Assembly: GCA_965207065.1 (NCBI GenBank)
Contig: OZ242260.1
Coordinates: 736,001-800,000 of the forward strand
From: a bacterium
GTDB lineage: Bacteria > UBA8248
Length of the DNA stretch: 64,000 nucleotides
Direction of reading: 5' to 3'
The notes beneath the pieces are model-generated. The model had not been told where the DNA came from, ran no database searches, and saw only the letters and a list, made by a program, of their open reading frames with translations. This document shows, one piece after another, positions 40,487 through 50,503 of this stretch. The position numbers and the translations under genes are program-made. Position 1 is the stretch's first letter, and every line of letters begins with the position of its first letter.

Positions 40487-42781
40487 CTACGACCTCTTCT
40501 TCAGGAGCGCCATGGCGACCCTGTCCGGCGTCAGGGGCAGGTCGTGGAACCGGACGCCCGTGGCGTCATGAATCGCGTTGGCGATGGCCGCCGCCGTGGG
40601 CACGGTCACCTGCTCCCCGACTCCCTTGGCCCCGTAAGGGCCGTTCGAATAGCCATCCTCCACGATGATGGACGCCACCCGGTCCGGCATGTCCTCGACC
40701 GTGGGTGCGAGATAGCCGTGCATGTCGGGGTTCTGCATCAGACCCTCGCGCTGAACGACCTCCTCCATCATGCAGAAGCCGACCCCCATGTAGACGCCGC
40801 CCTCGATCTGCTGCTCCACGCCCATGGGGCTGATGGCCCGGCCCACGTCGTGAGCGGCCCAGACGCCGGTGACCTCCACCTCGCCCGTCTCCTCGTCCAC
40901 GAGCACCTCGGCCACCTGGCTGCCGAACCCGTAGATCTCATACGGCTCGCCCAGGCCCGTCTCCTTGTCGGTTTTCGCGGGCGGCGGAATGCTGTCCGCG
41001 GCGCCGATCTGCTTGAGTTCGTCGGCGACATACGCCTTCGCTATTTCGGCAAGCGTGATCCGGGTTTCCGCATGCGAGCGCGAGCGAACCACGCCGCCGC
41101 GAAGCTCCAGATCCGCAGGGTCCGCCTCCAGCAGAATCCCGCCCAGGCGCAGCAACTCCTCGCGCGCCTTGATGGCGGCGTTGTAGACCGCCTTGCCGCC
41201 CTGCATGGTTATGCGCGAACTCGAACTCGTGCCGCCGAAGGGGTCGATGGCGGTGTCCACGCTCTCCATCAGGAACTCGGAATAGGGAATGTCCAGCGTC
41301 TCGGCGGCGATCTGGCAAAGCACCGTCTTGCTGCCCTGGCCGAAATCCACGACGCCCGCGGCCACCTGCACCTTGCCCTCCGCCGTGAGGAAGACGTGCG
41401 CCTCGGCCGGGGAATACGCGTTGCCCGTGCCGTAGAGGCAACTCGCCACCCCGCGACCGCGCAAGCGGCCGTCTTTGGTTCTTCCGTTTCCCCCGCTTCC
41501 CCAGGATGAGGCCCGCTCCACTTCCTTCAGCGTATCGAGAAAGCCCACGCTCTCGGGCAAATGCTGGTTCCAGGCCGTCCTGGCGCCGACGCGCAGCCCG
41601 TTCACGCGCCTGATCTCGATGGGGTCCATTCCCAAAACCCTGGCGAGTTCGTCCATCTGCTGCTCGCCCGCGAAGTGGACCTGGGGGCATCCCGGCCCGC
41701 GCATCTGACCCCCGTAGGGGTGGTTCGTGTGCACGCAGTGGACGTCCACCTTCACGTGGGGCGCCTGGTAGGGTCCCGCGGCATGGTAGGTCGCGCGCTT
41801 GAACGCAGGCGGGTTGTCCCCCCCGTTCGCCACGTACGCCCCCTTGTCCAGCCACACTTCCACCTGAACGGCTACGAGACGTCCGTCCTTCGTCGCTCCC
41901 GTTTTCGAGCGGATGAAAGAGGCGTGGCGCTTGGTGGAGGCTATCATGCTCTCCTCGCGCGAATAGACAAGCTTCACGGGCCTGCCCGCGGCGCGGGCGA
42001 GGACGGCGGCGCGCAGGCACACGTCGAGGCTCGCCTCGCTCTTTCCGCCGAAAGCCCCGCCGGTGGTCGTCTGGACGAAACGAACCGAACTCTCGCCCTT
42101 GAGGCCCAGTATGCGGGCGACGTTCTGCCGCACCAGGAAGGGCTGCTGGGTCGAACCCCAGATTTGAACCCCGCCGCCGGGGTTGGGGCTCGCGCAGGCC
42201 GCCTCCACTTCGAGATAGAGGTGATCGATGGAGGGCGTGGAGTACTCGTTCTCGACGATGACGTCGGCCTTCCCGAAGCCCTCCTCGACCTCCCCTTTCC
42301 GTATCTTCGCCTGGTTGAGCACGTTGCCGCCGGGGAAGATGACTTCCGCGTCTTCTTCCATCGCCGCGCGTGGACAGGAGACGACGGGCAGTGGCCGGTA
42401 TTCGACCTGTATCAGCCGCGTCGCCGCCTCGGCCGCCTCTGGCGTCTCCGCCGCGACGAGGGCGACCACCTCGCCCATGTAGCGCACCCTGTCGTGGGCG
42501 ATGACGGGCATGGCCCGATTATGGGCGGTGATGCAGGGATGGTCGGCCAGGTCGTCTCCCGTGAGAACGGTGACGACGCCGGGGACGCGCAGCGCCTCGC
42601 TCGCATCGACCGAAACAATCCCGGCGTGCGCGTGTTCGCTGCGGAGCGCCTTGCCGACCAGCATTCCCGGAAGCTGGAGGTCGTCGAGATAATCCGCTGT
42701 GCCCGCCGCCTTTTCGGGGTCGTCCAGAAAGGGAAGGGACTCGCCGACTACGGCGCCGCCCATGTCTTTGGCTTCCGCCAT
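40487..42781 (-). CDS. Xanthine dehydrogenase family molybdopterin-binding subunit
   Basis: 764 aa; GGAFGGK, MRGPG, DFGQGS, EQQIEGG, GAKGVGE. Confidence 0.9.
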   Translation of the reverse strand: MAEAKDMGGAVVGESLPFLDDPEKAAGTADYLDDLQLPGMLVGKALRSEHAHAGIVSVDASEALRVPGVVTVLTGDDLADHPCITAHNRAMPVIAHDRVRYMGEVVALVAAETPEAAEAATRLIQVEYRPLPVVSCPRAAMEEDAEVIFPGGNVLNQAKIRKGEVEEGFGKADVIVENEYSTPSIDHLYLEVEAACASPNPGGGVQIWGSTQQPFLVRQNVARILGLKGESSVRFVQTTTGGAFGGKSEASLDVCLRAAVLARAAGRPVKLVYSREESMIASTKRHASFIRSKTGATKDGRLVAVQVEVWLDKGAYVANGGDNPPAFKRATYHAAGPYQAPHVKVDVHCVHTNHPYGGQMRGPGCPQVHFAGEQQMDELARVLGMDPIEIRRVNGLRVGARTAWNQHLPESVGFLDTLKEVERASSWGSGGNGRTKDGRLRGRGVASCLYGTGNAYSPAEAHVFLTAEGKVQVAAGVVDFGQGSKTVLCQIAAETLDIPYSEFLMESVDTAIDPFGGTSSSSRITMQGGKAVYNAAIKAREELLRLGGILLEADPADLELRGGVVRSRSHAETRITLAEIAKAYVADELKQIGAADSIPPPAKTDKETGLGEPYEIYGFGSQVAEVLVDEETGEVEVTGVWAAHDVGRAISPMGVEQQIEGGVYMGVGFCMMEEVVQREGLMQNPDMHGYLAPTVEDMPDRVASIIVEDGYSNGPYGAKGVGEQVTVPTAAAIANAIHDATGVRFHDLPLTPDRVAMALLKKRS

Positions 42782-43183
42782 GGCATGCTCCCAATGAGAA
42801 GAGAACCAAGAAATGATAAGTCGCTGAATGAGCCGTCAATCTACATGCTCGGGCGTCGTTTGTCTATGAAATCGGGGGGTCAATTCCGAGCGAGGAGGGA
42901 GGAATTGCAAGCCGGTGTGTTACTTATCCGCAAGCGATCGCTTCTTACGAAACCGGCTCGAATACGAGTTCCGGCACGATCACCTCCCAGGCGTCGCATC
43001 GTATGGAGTCGTGATACTCCGGTTTGGAAGCCTCACGGCTCCACCCGGTGACGGCCCACACTTCGGCGGAGCGGCAACGGGTTCCGGGCGGCGGCTGGAA
43101 ACCAGCGGCGAGGCTTTCATCCTTGGGGAACAGCCTCGATGAGGGAAGGGAGTGCGCGGCTATATCAAGGGACAGTGGAACTA

Positions 43184-43633
43184 TTAGCTAGCTCTCCCGT
43201 TCGGCAAATTGTCCTTTTCGCTGTCGAAAAATTCACGAATTGTGGACAGAACATCGTCGGGGCGCTGTAGATGGCACTCCCAAACGGTCAAGACCCTCCA
43301 ACCGTCGGCTTCCAGAGAAGCAGCGTTTTCCCGATCTCGAATCCGGGTTCGCTCCAGCTTTGGTTTCCAATAAGCAAGATTAGACTTCGGCAGCCCCGCT
43401 ATCGGGCAATTCGGATCCGGATGCCAATGCCAGAAACAACCATTGACGAAGATCACCGCACGGTGGCGAGGAAGAACCAAATCAGGCCTCCCGGCCATTC
43501 CGCGCCGATGAAGCCGAAAACGATATCCAAGGCGGTGAACCATTGAGCGGACTATTCGTTCGGGTTTCATATCCTGCGAACGAATCCGGGACATGCACCA
43601 AGATCGATCTTGCGGACTCAGATTGTCTGCCAT
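43184..43633 (-). CDS. vsr: Very short patch repair endonuclease
   Basis: 149 aa; MADNLS..RSWCMSRIRSQDMKPE, GRPDLV, FVNGCFWH, GWRVLTVWEC. Confidence 0.95.
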   Translation of the reverse strand: MADNLSPQDRSWCMSRIRSQDMKPERIVRSMVHRLGYRFRLHRRGMAGRPDLVLPRHRAVIFVNGCFWHWHPDPNCPIAGLPKSNLAYWKPKLERTRIRDRENAASLEADGWRVLTVWECHLQRPDDVLSTIREFFDSEKDNLPNGRAS

Positions 43634-43639
43634 TTCAAA

Positions 43640-44401
43640 TCACTGCGCTGCGACCCCATTGACGGCGAGTTCGGCCTCCTCCCGCAACAATCGGTCAAGG
43701 GCTGTATCCGGCAGTGCATCTAACAGCACAACACCGCCTCTGCGGTTTAGGGCAATCATCCAGTTTCGAAAGACGTCTCGTTCAAACAACTCGCCACCGT
43801 TCGCCCAGTGCTCTCGCATCACTGCATATATAGCGCGCAGAAGCTTTTGGTTCATCGATACCGACGGGCGTTCAATCAGCGCCGAACGAACATCTTGTCT
43901 ATGCAGAAGTATGGTCAGGAATTCGCCTGGATGCTCGGGGTCAACATCGTGGGCTATCTTTCCTAGCCACCATAATCGCGAAACCCCGTTATCTCGAATC
44001 ACCGCCCTGTTTCCCGCTGCGAAGAAGTGATTTAGAACTTCGCGGACTGCCTGCTCATTGTCGTCCGGGCGCTGCTTCAGCCACCGCGCAGAAACATATT
44101 GCGGGCAGTCAAAGTGGCACAGATAAACCCACATCCGTTCAATGGACGCCTGATGCGGGGTCAGATCTCGCAATGCGTTGTAGGCAACCAGTGCGTTAAA
44201 AACATCGGTTGCCGAGGGCTGTGGATCATCGACGGAAAGTTTTTCGGCAAGCTCCGGTGCTTCGATTGTTGACTCCCTAGAACCGCCGAACGAAGCCGGA
44301 TGAATAGAGTTGACCGGATCGTAATACCAATCAAGACGATGTTGGACGGTTCGCCTAAGGCTTTCGAGCGTATTGATCGTGCAATAGCGGAGTTTCATCA
44401 T
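43640..44401 (-). CDS. Uncharacterised protein, DUF6339-like
   Basis: 253 aa; ERMWVYLCH...RW and RDNGVSRLWW motifs, which I associate with DUF6339 from memory. Confidence 0.6.
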   Translation of the reverse strand: MMKLRYCTINTLESLRRTVQHRLDWYYDPVNSIHPASFGGSRESTIEAPELAEKLSVDDPQPSATDVFNALVAYNALRDLTPHQASIERMWVYLCHFDCPQYVSARWLKQRPDDNEQAVREVLNHFFAAGNRAVIRDNGVSRLWWLGKIAHDVDPEHPGEFLTILLHRQDVRSALIERPSVSMNQKLLRAIYAVMREHWANGGELFERDVFRNWMIALNRRGGVVLLDALPDTALDRLLREEAELAVNGVAAQ

Positions 44402-45264
44402 GAATTATCCATCTCGGCACGCTCAATCAGCGGCATCCTCGGAAAGGGGGAGTCAAGCACCTTTTGGGCGTCAACTAGGCGGTTCGAATTATTTTCCCCC
44501 AAAGGTGAACACCCCACAGCTTCAAGGCGCTGGTCGAGAGAGGAAAACCACCGAAACTCTCGATAAACTTCGGAGTCTTGGTCGACTTCATTTAATACGG
44601 CTATCAATGCGGGCAAATAGAGACCATTCATAAGGTATTGCCCTTCAGGTTGGTTGCCGACATGTTCCCGCGCTATGCCATATTGCCGGGAATCTGCATC
44701 TGACATCACAATATAAATACGATCTTCTTCCAGTTCATATTTCCAACGACCGTCTGCAATATTCGAGCGGGATTTGTGTGAAAAAATTGAACCAAGCGGC
44801 GCTTCATCTGCCGTATCGATCCAGTAGTCTTTAGGAACGTCTTCAGCAAGTACGGCACCCGGCTCGATGTCAAATTTCCGTCCGGCAAAATCAGAGTGCC
44901 ATCCTTCCGCGTAAAAATCTAAAAGAGCCTCGATACACACCAAGAATGGGGCAAACTCCACTCGGCCCGATAGGAAGCCTGCGGGGAACGAGTGTTGGAT
45001 ATTTGGTTGGCTTGACTGTAAGAGTTGCCGACAGTGCGTCTGCGAAGACCTGATCAGCAGCGCAAACTGCGCCTTGTTCTGCTTCAAGAGTTCAAGGAGA
45101 CTTGGTTCGCTGAGTTCGAAGAAAGCATCCACTTTGACCGCAGTGCTCTTTATGGTGCGCTTAACTTCAATTTCGACTTCAAACTCCGTGCGCGGGTAGT
45201 CGTCGCCGTAGCTGGATGGCCGTAAAACTGGATGCGGCCAAGCTTTGCCGGGATCGAACTTCAT
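44398..45264 (-). CDS. Uncharacterised protein
   Basis: 288 aa; N-terminal WPHPVLR...DDY; ATGA overlaps with both neighbours support a real gene. Confidence 0.75.
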   Translation of the reverse strand: MKFDPGKAWPHPVLRPSSYGDDYPRTEFEVEIEVKRTIKSTAVKVDAFFELSEPSLLELLKQNKAQFALLIRSSQTHCRQLLQSSQPNIQHSFPAGFLSGRVEFAPFLVCIEALLDFYAEGWHSDFAGRKFDIEPGAVLAEDVPKDYWIDTADEAPLGSIFSHKSRSNIADGRWKYELEEDRIYIVMSDADSRQYGIAREHVGNQPEGQYLMNGLYLPALIAVLNEVDQDSEVYREFRWFSSLDQRLEAVGCSPLGENNSNRLVDAQKVLDSPFPRMPLIERAEMDNS

Positions 45265-47231
45265 ACCTCATTCCCTTCCGTTGTCAGAGCAGCAGACAGA
45301 CGCCAAGCCCTGCCGTCAATCGGTTCGTCAGCAGTGATTTCAATCACGGTTCGCTGGCCTTTCTTTACGCGAACCCGATCAAGCGAAATATCTGGAGTTA
45401 CTGCACGAACGTCATTGCGTGGTATCGGAGATGAATCGCCGGCCTCAGCGAGAATCAAACGGGCAATTCCGTCAGCTTCAGACAAGAAGCTAAGCTGGGA
45501 ACAATTTTCCCGTCCTGCAATCGGAAGGATCCGGACTGCCGAAACGGGAATGCCCTGCCGATTGCTGCTTCCTCCGCGTGTTCCAGTACCGCCTCGACCT
45601 CCTCCGTCCCCCTGTCCTCCGTCACCCTCACCACTACCGTTTTTGCCAGTTCCCGCGCCTCCCTCGTTGCCAATATCTTCGCCGTCGCCCTCTGTGTTTG
45701 AGCCGTCATTTTCCGGCAACCTAGGCGGCACGGGTCTGCGGACCGGTTTGAGTGAAATAGTTACCTTATCTCCAAAGCCTGGTTCGCTATCACCTTCGTC
45801 CTTCTCGGAGCTGGAATCATCGAAAGATTCTTCTGGTTGGTAATCTGGCAGGTACTGTGAGAGTTCTGAGAGTACAGTCCTTCTTCCTCCCTCCGGTGGG
45901 CCAGCATGTTTTCTGATCTCGCTGCGAACCCAAGCGGTTATACGTTTGAGCGCCTTACGGCCTCGCTCTTGTTCTTCTTGAGGCAGTCGTTCTGGTTCGA
46001 ATTGATCGTGTTTTGGATTCTCCATCCTACGCAGGAGCTCATTTCCTTCCGGGTCTTCAAATACACAAAGCGCTGCAAAATCACGAAATCCAGGAAACCG
46101 TAGCAACCCATTTTGTCGGGTAGTCACTAGCATTCCAGTGTTGCGTATGAACGCAACCTTGCCGGGCAACCCATCATCTGTACGAAGCCAAAGCTTGCAA
46201 TGTCCGAGATCGACGTCTTGTTTTTCCACAATTGGCTCACCTTTTGATAATTCCCAAAAGATTTGAGCATCCTGCAGCGTATTGTCAGTTACGGTCTCCG
46301 AGTTCTCCGGGTCATCCGCTTCGATCAAATGCTGGAACCAATCGTCAATGGTGTTACGTTCTATCTCCATGAGATCGGTGAGGTCATCTGGCTCCACGAG
46401 AACAGTCAACCGTCCCGTTCCAATTGCAAAGAAAAAATTTTCAATAACGCTCGCCGCTATGCGATTGCGCCAGTTTTCAGTTTCCCGAAAACCCATAATT
46501 GTCAGGCATGCGCCTTGTTGCGGAAGGCGGGCTTTGTTGAGTACGCGAAATTGGGCTGGGATTTGTTCTGTTAATTCTAAACCTAGTAACTCTCGACACT
46601 CTTTCTTGAATCCATAGAAACCCGTACCTTGCGTTTCGTTTCCACCCGCGTCGCGGTGCGACATGAGAACTGATTTTCCCTGGAATTTTTCCTGATTCTT
46701 GCCGTTCTCAGAAAAATAGGTCCAATAAAAAACCGTCCTCAGCTTCGAGACCGCAAATGGAGCATACTTTCCGATGCCATGTGAACCTCCTGCGCCTTGT
46801 CCTGCCAACTCCGGTTTGTAGCTGACTCCTTGCTTCTTGACGAGATTACTCCAGTGTTCGCCTCGCAGCCCCGTCGTATTGCGGTCAGATACTCGCAGAC
46901 AAGGAATTTTTTTCGATTTTATACTCCGTTCCGCTTCTTGCAGAGGTGCTACAGCAATCGTATCGTTGCTGTCTTTAGCAATTTGCAAACATGCGACAAT
47001 CGCACTTGCGAGTTCGCCCCGGCCAACGATTTCAGGATCTAGGTCAACCAGTTCAAAAGACACATACACCGGGCTGTCTAGCGAAAGACGGGCATCGAGA
47101 GAATTCTGTATCGCCTCTCGTGCGAGACTCGCCAAGGGGGCTCCAGTAAAATGAGCTATGCCTGGGTCATTAAAACCTGCACTCATGCCACCGTTCGTTG
47201 GCGGAAAATGCCAACCGATAGATTCATTCAT
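45261..47231 (-). CDS. GHKL (HSP90/MutL/MORC-like) ATPase-domain protein
   Basis: 656 aa; REAIQNSLDA (N box), SDRNTTGL (G1), GGSHGIGK (G2); acidic Gly-rich linker before a C-terminal domain of about 90 aa. Confidence 0.75.
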   Translation of the reverse strand: MNESIGWHFPPTNGGMSAGFNDPGIAHFTGAPLASLAREAIQNSLDARLSLDSPVYVSFELVDLDPEIVGRGELASAIVACLQIAKDSNDTIAVAPLQEAERSIKSKKIPCLRVSDRNTTGLRGEHWSNLVKKQGVSYKPELAGQGAGGSHGIGKYAPFAVSKLRTVFYWTYFSENGKNQEKFQGKSVLMSHRDAGGNETQGTGFYGFKKECRELLGLELTEQIPAQFRVLNKARLPQQGACLTIMGFRETENWRNRIAASVIENFFFAIGTGRLTVLVEPDDLTDLMEIERNTIDDWFQHLIEADDPENSETVTDNTLQDAQIFWELSKGEPIVEKQDVDLGHCKLWLRTDDGLPGKVAFIRNTGMLVTTRQNGLLRFPGFRDFAALCVFEDPEGNELLRRMENPKHDQFEPERLPQEEQERGRKALKRITAWVRSEIRKHAGPPEGGRRTVLSELSQYLPDYQPEESFDDSSSEKDEGDSEPGFGDKVTISLKPVRRPVPPRLPENDGSNTEGDGEDIGNEGGAGTGKNGSGEGDGGQGDGGGRGGTGTRGGSSNRQGIPVSAVRILPIAGRENCSQLSFLSEADGIARLILAEAGDSSPIPRNDVRAVTPDISLDRVRVKKGQRTVIEITADEPIDGRAWRLSAALTTEGNEV

Positions 47232-48279
47232 TTAAGGCCACCTCACGAATTAGAATCTCTGCGCACAAACTCCCCACCAAACGTGCAAGGCCAACGCAAA
47301 CTGCATTTCCCAGCAAACGATACTGTTCACTCGAAGGCATGTCAGGAAAAAGTTCGTCTGTGCCGTCAAAGCCCTGAAACCGCGCCACCTCATTGATGCT
47401 TAAACGCCGGATCCCCCACTGATCACGAACAAACGGAACATTATGCCCTCCTATTCCCATGTTCGCTGTCAGTGTCGGGCATAGCCCCAGTTTTTTTTCT
47501 CGAACGTATGAACGCCTTAATTGGTAGATGTTCGCATCCGACTCACCTTCATCCATCGCTTTGGCAATCATCTTGAAATAGCGGTTGTCAGGGGGCAGAT
47601 AAGTTCCATTCTCACCAGGCTTCTTGCGGTTGACAAAATCTTCGAGAGGGCGCTTCGTAGCCCCTAATCCGTTAGAAGTGAGAGGAGGCGAGAATGGGTT
47701 GTAAGTAAATCTCCTTTTTGATGCCGCGACCATGAATAGCCGTTCGCGATCCTGCGGCAAATTAGTCGCTTCTTTTACGTTTATGGTCCAACACGACTCC
47801 TCTCGAAACCAGTACCCGGCCCGGCGCAATGCGCGGCGAATCTGATCAAACCAAGCCCCTTTTTCTCCGTGGAGGATGTGGGGCACATTCTCCAAAAGTA
47901 TCAACGAAGGCCGCTTCTCCGGCGGATACTCCTCGATCAGGCGCGGAATCTCGAAAAATAGCGCCCCCCTTGGGTCTTCGAATCCCAAGCGGCCTCCCGC
48001 CTGAGAAAAACTCTGGCAAGGAAATCCCGCAGCTAACAAATCAACTTCATTTAAGCCGTCCGCCTGGACAGACAGCTCACGCACATCCTTGTTGATCACG
48101 GGAACGCCGGGGAAGCGGTACTGGAAAGTAGCACATGCAAATTCATCATTGTCGCTGGCCCAGCGAATCGCAAAACCAGCTTTAACCAGCCCGGACGCAA
48201 ACCCCCCCATGCCGCTGAATAAGCAACCTGCAGTTATTGCGCCGGCTTCGGCAGGCGACGAAGCGCCGTCCACCCTCAT
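47224..48279 (-). CDS. dcm: DNA (cytosine-5)-methyltransferase
   Basis: LFSGMGG (I), GFPCQSFS (IV), LENV (VI), QDRERLF (VIII), RFQGF (IX), GNAV (X); start uncertain, ATG 48279 preferred over 48441; the symbol denotes the family, not CCWGG specificity. Confidence 0.92.
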   Translation of the reverse strand: MRVDGASSPAEAGAITAGCLFSGMGGFASGLVKAGFAIRWASDNDEFACATFQYRFPGVPVINKDVRELSVQADGLNEVDLLAAGFPCQSFSQAGGRLGFEDPRGALFFEIPRLIEEYPPEKRPSLILLENVPHILHGEKGAWFDQIRRALRRAGYWFREESCWTINVKEATNLPQDRERLFMVAASKRRFTYNPFSPPLTSNGLGATKRPLEDFVNRKKPGENGTYLPPDNRYFKMIAKAMDEGESDANIYQLRRSYVREKKLGLCPTLTANMGIGGHNVPFVRDQWGIRRLSINEVARFQGFDGTDELFPDMPSSEQYRLLGNAVCVGLARLVGSLCAEILIREVALNE

Positions 48280-48655
48280 GGCGAACGGCCCTGATGCGAC
48301 CGGAGAGTTGCCATGTCGTAATTGGTCCTCACCTAATCGGAGCCTGCGGATCGGCTCGCGCCGTGAACGAGGACATGCGTTCGAATGTATCGCGGGGAAA
48401 CGTTCGTCGAAGGGACGAGTCGAAGGGTAAAACGGTCTCACCGGCTGCGGTCGCGCCGATGGCTGGGCCTTCCGTTTCCGCCTGTAATTCGGGCGTGTTC
48501 CTCGTGATGAGACAGATTATACCCACGAAAATCGTAACCGCGCAAGAGGAGCGCCGTCGCGCCGGCTGTGTGATACTGAGGCGGTGGAACCATCGCCCGA
48601 CGGGAAGAACGGCCCTTCGCGGGCGCATCGACGAACGCCGAAATGGAACAACGGG

Positions 48656-49402
48656 ATGCTTGACGCCGCCACCATCATCGCCATCGCCGGAACCTTTCTG
48701 CTCGCAGGCGCGGTCAAAGGGGTCATCGGCCTCGGCCTTCCCACGGTGAGCCTCGCCGTTCTGGCGGTGGCGCTCAACCTGACGAACGCGATGGCCCTGC
48801 TCCTCGTGCCTTCGTTGGTGACCAACGTCTGGCAGGCGGTGGTCGGCGGCCACGGCTGGTCGCTTCTGCGCCGTATCTGGCTGTTCCTGCTGGTGGCGGC
48901 GGTCACCGTGCGGCTGGGGGCGTCCGCGCTGACGCGCGTCGATTTCTCGCTGCTGACCGCGCTCCTCGGGTTGCTGCTCGTGGCGTACGCCGCCGCGAAC
49001 CTGCTCGGGTTGCGATTCCAAGTCCAGGCCCGCCATGAAAAATGGATGGGCCCGCTGGCCGGACTCGTGAACGGCGTTCTGACGGGCATGACGGGGTCTT
49101 TCGTCGTGCCGGGAGTGATGTACTTACAGGCGCTCGGCCTCTCGCGCGACGCGCTGATTCAGGCGATGGGAATGCTCTTCACGGTATCGACGCTGGCGCT
49201 CGGGTTCGCGCTTCAGGCCAACGACCTGCTGCGGATGGAGCACGGCGTCCTCTCCACCGTGGCCCTTGCGCCGGCGGTGGCGGGCATGGTCATCGGGCAG
49301 CGAATCCGGAGCCGGCTCTCAGAGCAGCTGTTCCGGAAAATCTTCTTCCTCTCCCTCCTCGCGCTGGGCGCCTACCTCGCCTCCCGCGCGTTCGGGGGCT
49401 GA
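48656..49402 (+). CDS. Sulfite exporter TauE/SafE family protein
   Basis: AGAVKGVIGLGLP, PSLVTNVWQ, GVLTGMTG, about 8 TM; start reassigned to ATG 48656. Confidence 0.85.
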   Translation: MLDAATIIAIAGTFLLAGAVKGVIGLGLPTVSLAVLAVALNLTNAMALLLVPSLVTNVWQAVVGGHGWSLLRRIWLFLLVAAVTVRLGASALTRVDFSLLTALLGLLLVAYAAANLLGLRFQVQARHEKWMGPLAGLVNGVLTGMTGSFVVPGVMYLQALGLSRDALIQAMGMLFTVSTLALGFALQANDLLRMEHGVLSTVALAPAVAGMVIGQRIRSRLSEQLFRKIFFLSLLALGAYLASRAFGG

Positions 49403-49545
49403 AAGAAGCAGACTGCTCACCGGCGAATCAGGGCGAAGGGCGCTCTTGAGCCCCGATGAATCCGGCTCGTCCCGTGAGGAGGCGGGGCGCATTTGCTCGC
49501 ATCTGCCCGTGGCGGCGAAGTTCCGGCTCAGGTATGGTGTCGCTT

Positions 49546-49738
49546 CGCAATGAAATCGATAAGGAAAAATGAATTTCCGTAAATATCGATAAAATCAGAT
49601 AAATTAACGGGGTAATTCGATAAATTTCTGAAAATTAAATTGTTGGGAAAAGACGCCGCCGAACCGCGACGCAGGGGAATATTGCCATGGCCCGCGGCTC
49701 CCGCGATAACTGCGAATGCGGGGAAATGCGGGGAAATG
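49546..49738 (+). repeat. Dispersed non-coding repeat, copy 2
   Basis: (C/A)GATAAA at 49587, 49597, 49618; GACGCAGGGGAATATTGCCAT; GCGGGGAAAT twice. Confidence 0.85.
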
Positions 49739-49764
49739 CACACTCGACCGGAGGAATCCAGAAG

Positions 49765-50436
49765 ATGCAGGAACGAGGAAATCCGGCGCGCGCGCTGTTT
49801 CCCGAAATACCGCAAGTCGTTGATTTATATGAGCGAGAAACGGAAGGCCTCCCCGAGGAGGTATTGCGCAGAACGAGAGAGGAGAAGAGCTGGGGCCTGT
49901 GGTCCATCCGGGATCAGGCGAGCCACGTGGCTTCTCTACCCTACCGGTGGCTGCTGATTCGCTGGGGGAAAATACTCTTCGGAGACGACCTCCCGCGCGA
50001 TAAGGAACTCTTCGAGCGCTTCGACGGGCGAATGATGAAAGAGGCGTATTGCCCGCAGATTCAAGACCTTATCGGCGTCATGCGGGACTCGTTCGCTCTC
50101 GCCTGGGAGGTGTTGGGAGCCGAGACGACCGAATCCATCCGCGACGGGAGACATATCACAGAGCGGGTGCCGCACGGCAAGATACGGCCCGGAACCGGCG
50201 AGGACGTGCGCGAATGGCGCGAAAACGTCACCCTCAAGGCCCATGACACCGGCGTTTGGATCGACCCCGACGATGCGGAGCTGTTTCACTTCAACCTCGA
50301 ATACACGTTCCGACACATGCTCTGGGAAGCGTATGCGCATCTCAAAACCATCCAGATGCACAAGAAAGAGGAAGGCCTGGAGCCGCTCGTCCAGATACCG
50401 CAAGAGGGTTACATCCGTGTGCTGAGATGGGAATAA
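49765..50436 (+). CDS. DinB/YfiT-like protein
   Basis: WSIRDQASHV and HMLWEAYAHLKTIQ fit the DinB four-helix pattern; ATG 49765 follows GGAGGA. Confidence 0.6.
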   Translation: MQERGNPARALFPEIPQVVDLYERETEGLPEEVLRRTREEKSWGLWSIRDQASHVASLPYRWLLIRWGKILFGDDLPRDKELFERFDGRMMKEAYCPQIQDLIGVMRDSFALAWEVLGAETTESIRDGRHITERVPHGKIRPGTGEDVREWRENVTLKAHDTGVWIDPDDAELFHFNLEYTFRHMLWEAYAHLKTIQMHKKEEGLEPLVQIPQEGYIRVLRWE

Positions 50437-50503
50437 AAACAATATAAACAAACAGTTTCGGGAATAGCATCTTTCGCATCCAAACCCTGGAGGACATTCT
50501 AAG

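Noticed and set aside
42915-43142. Small ORF or integrase remnant at the left edge of the methyltransferase block
   Set aside because: No recognisable motif in the frames I read
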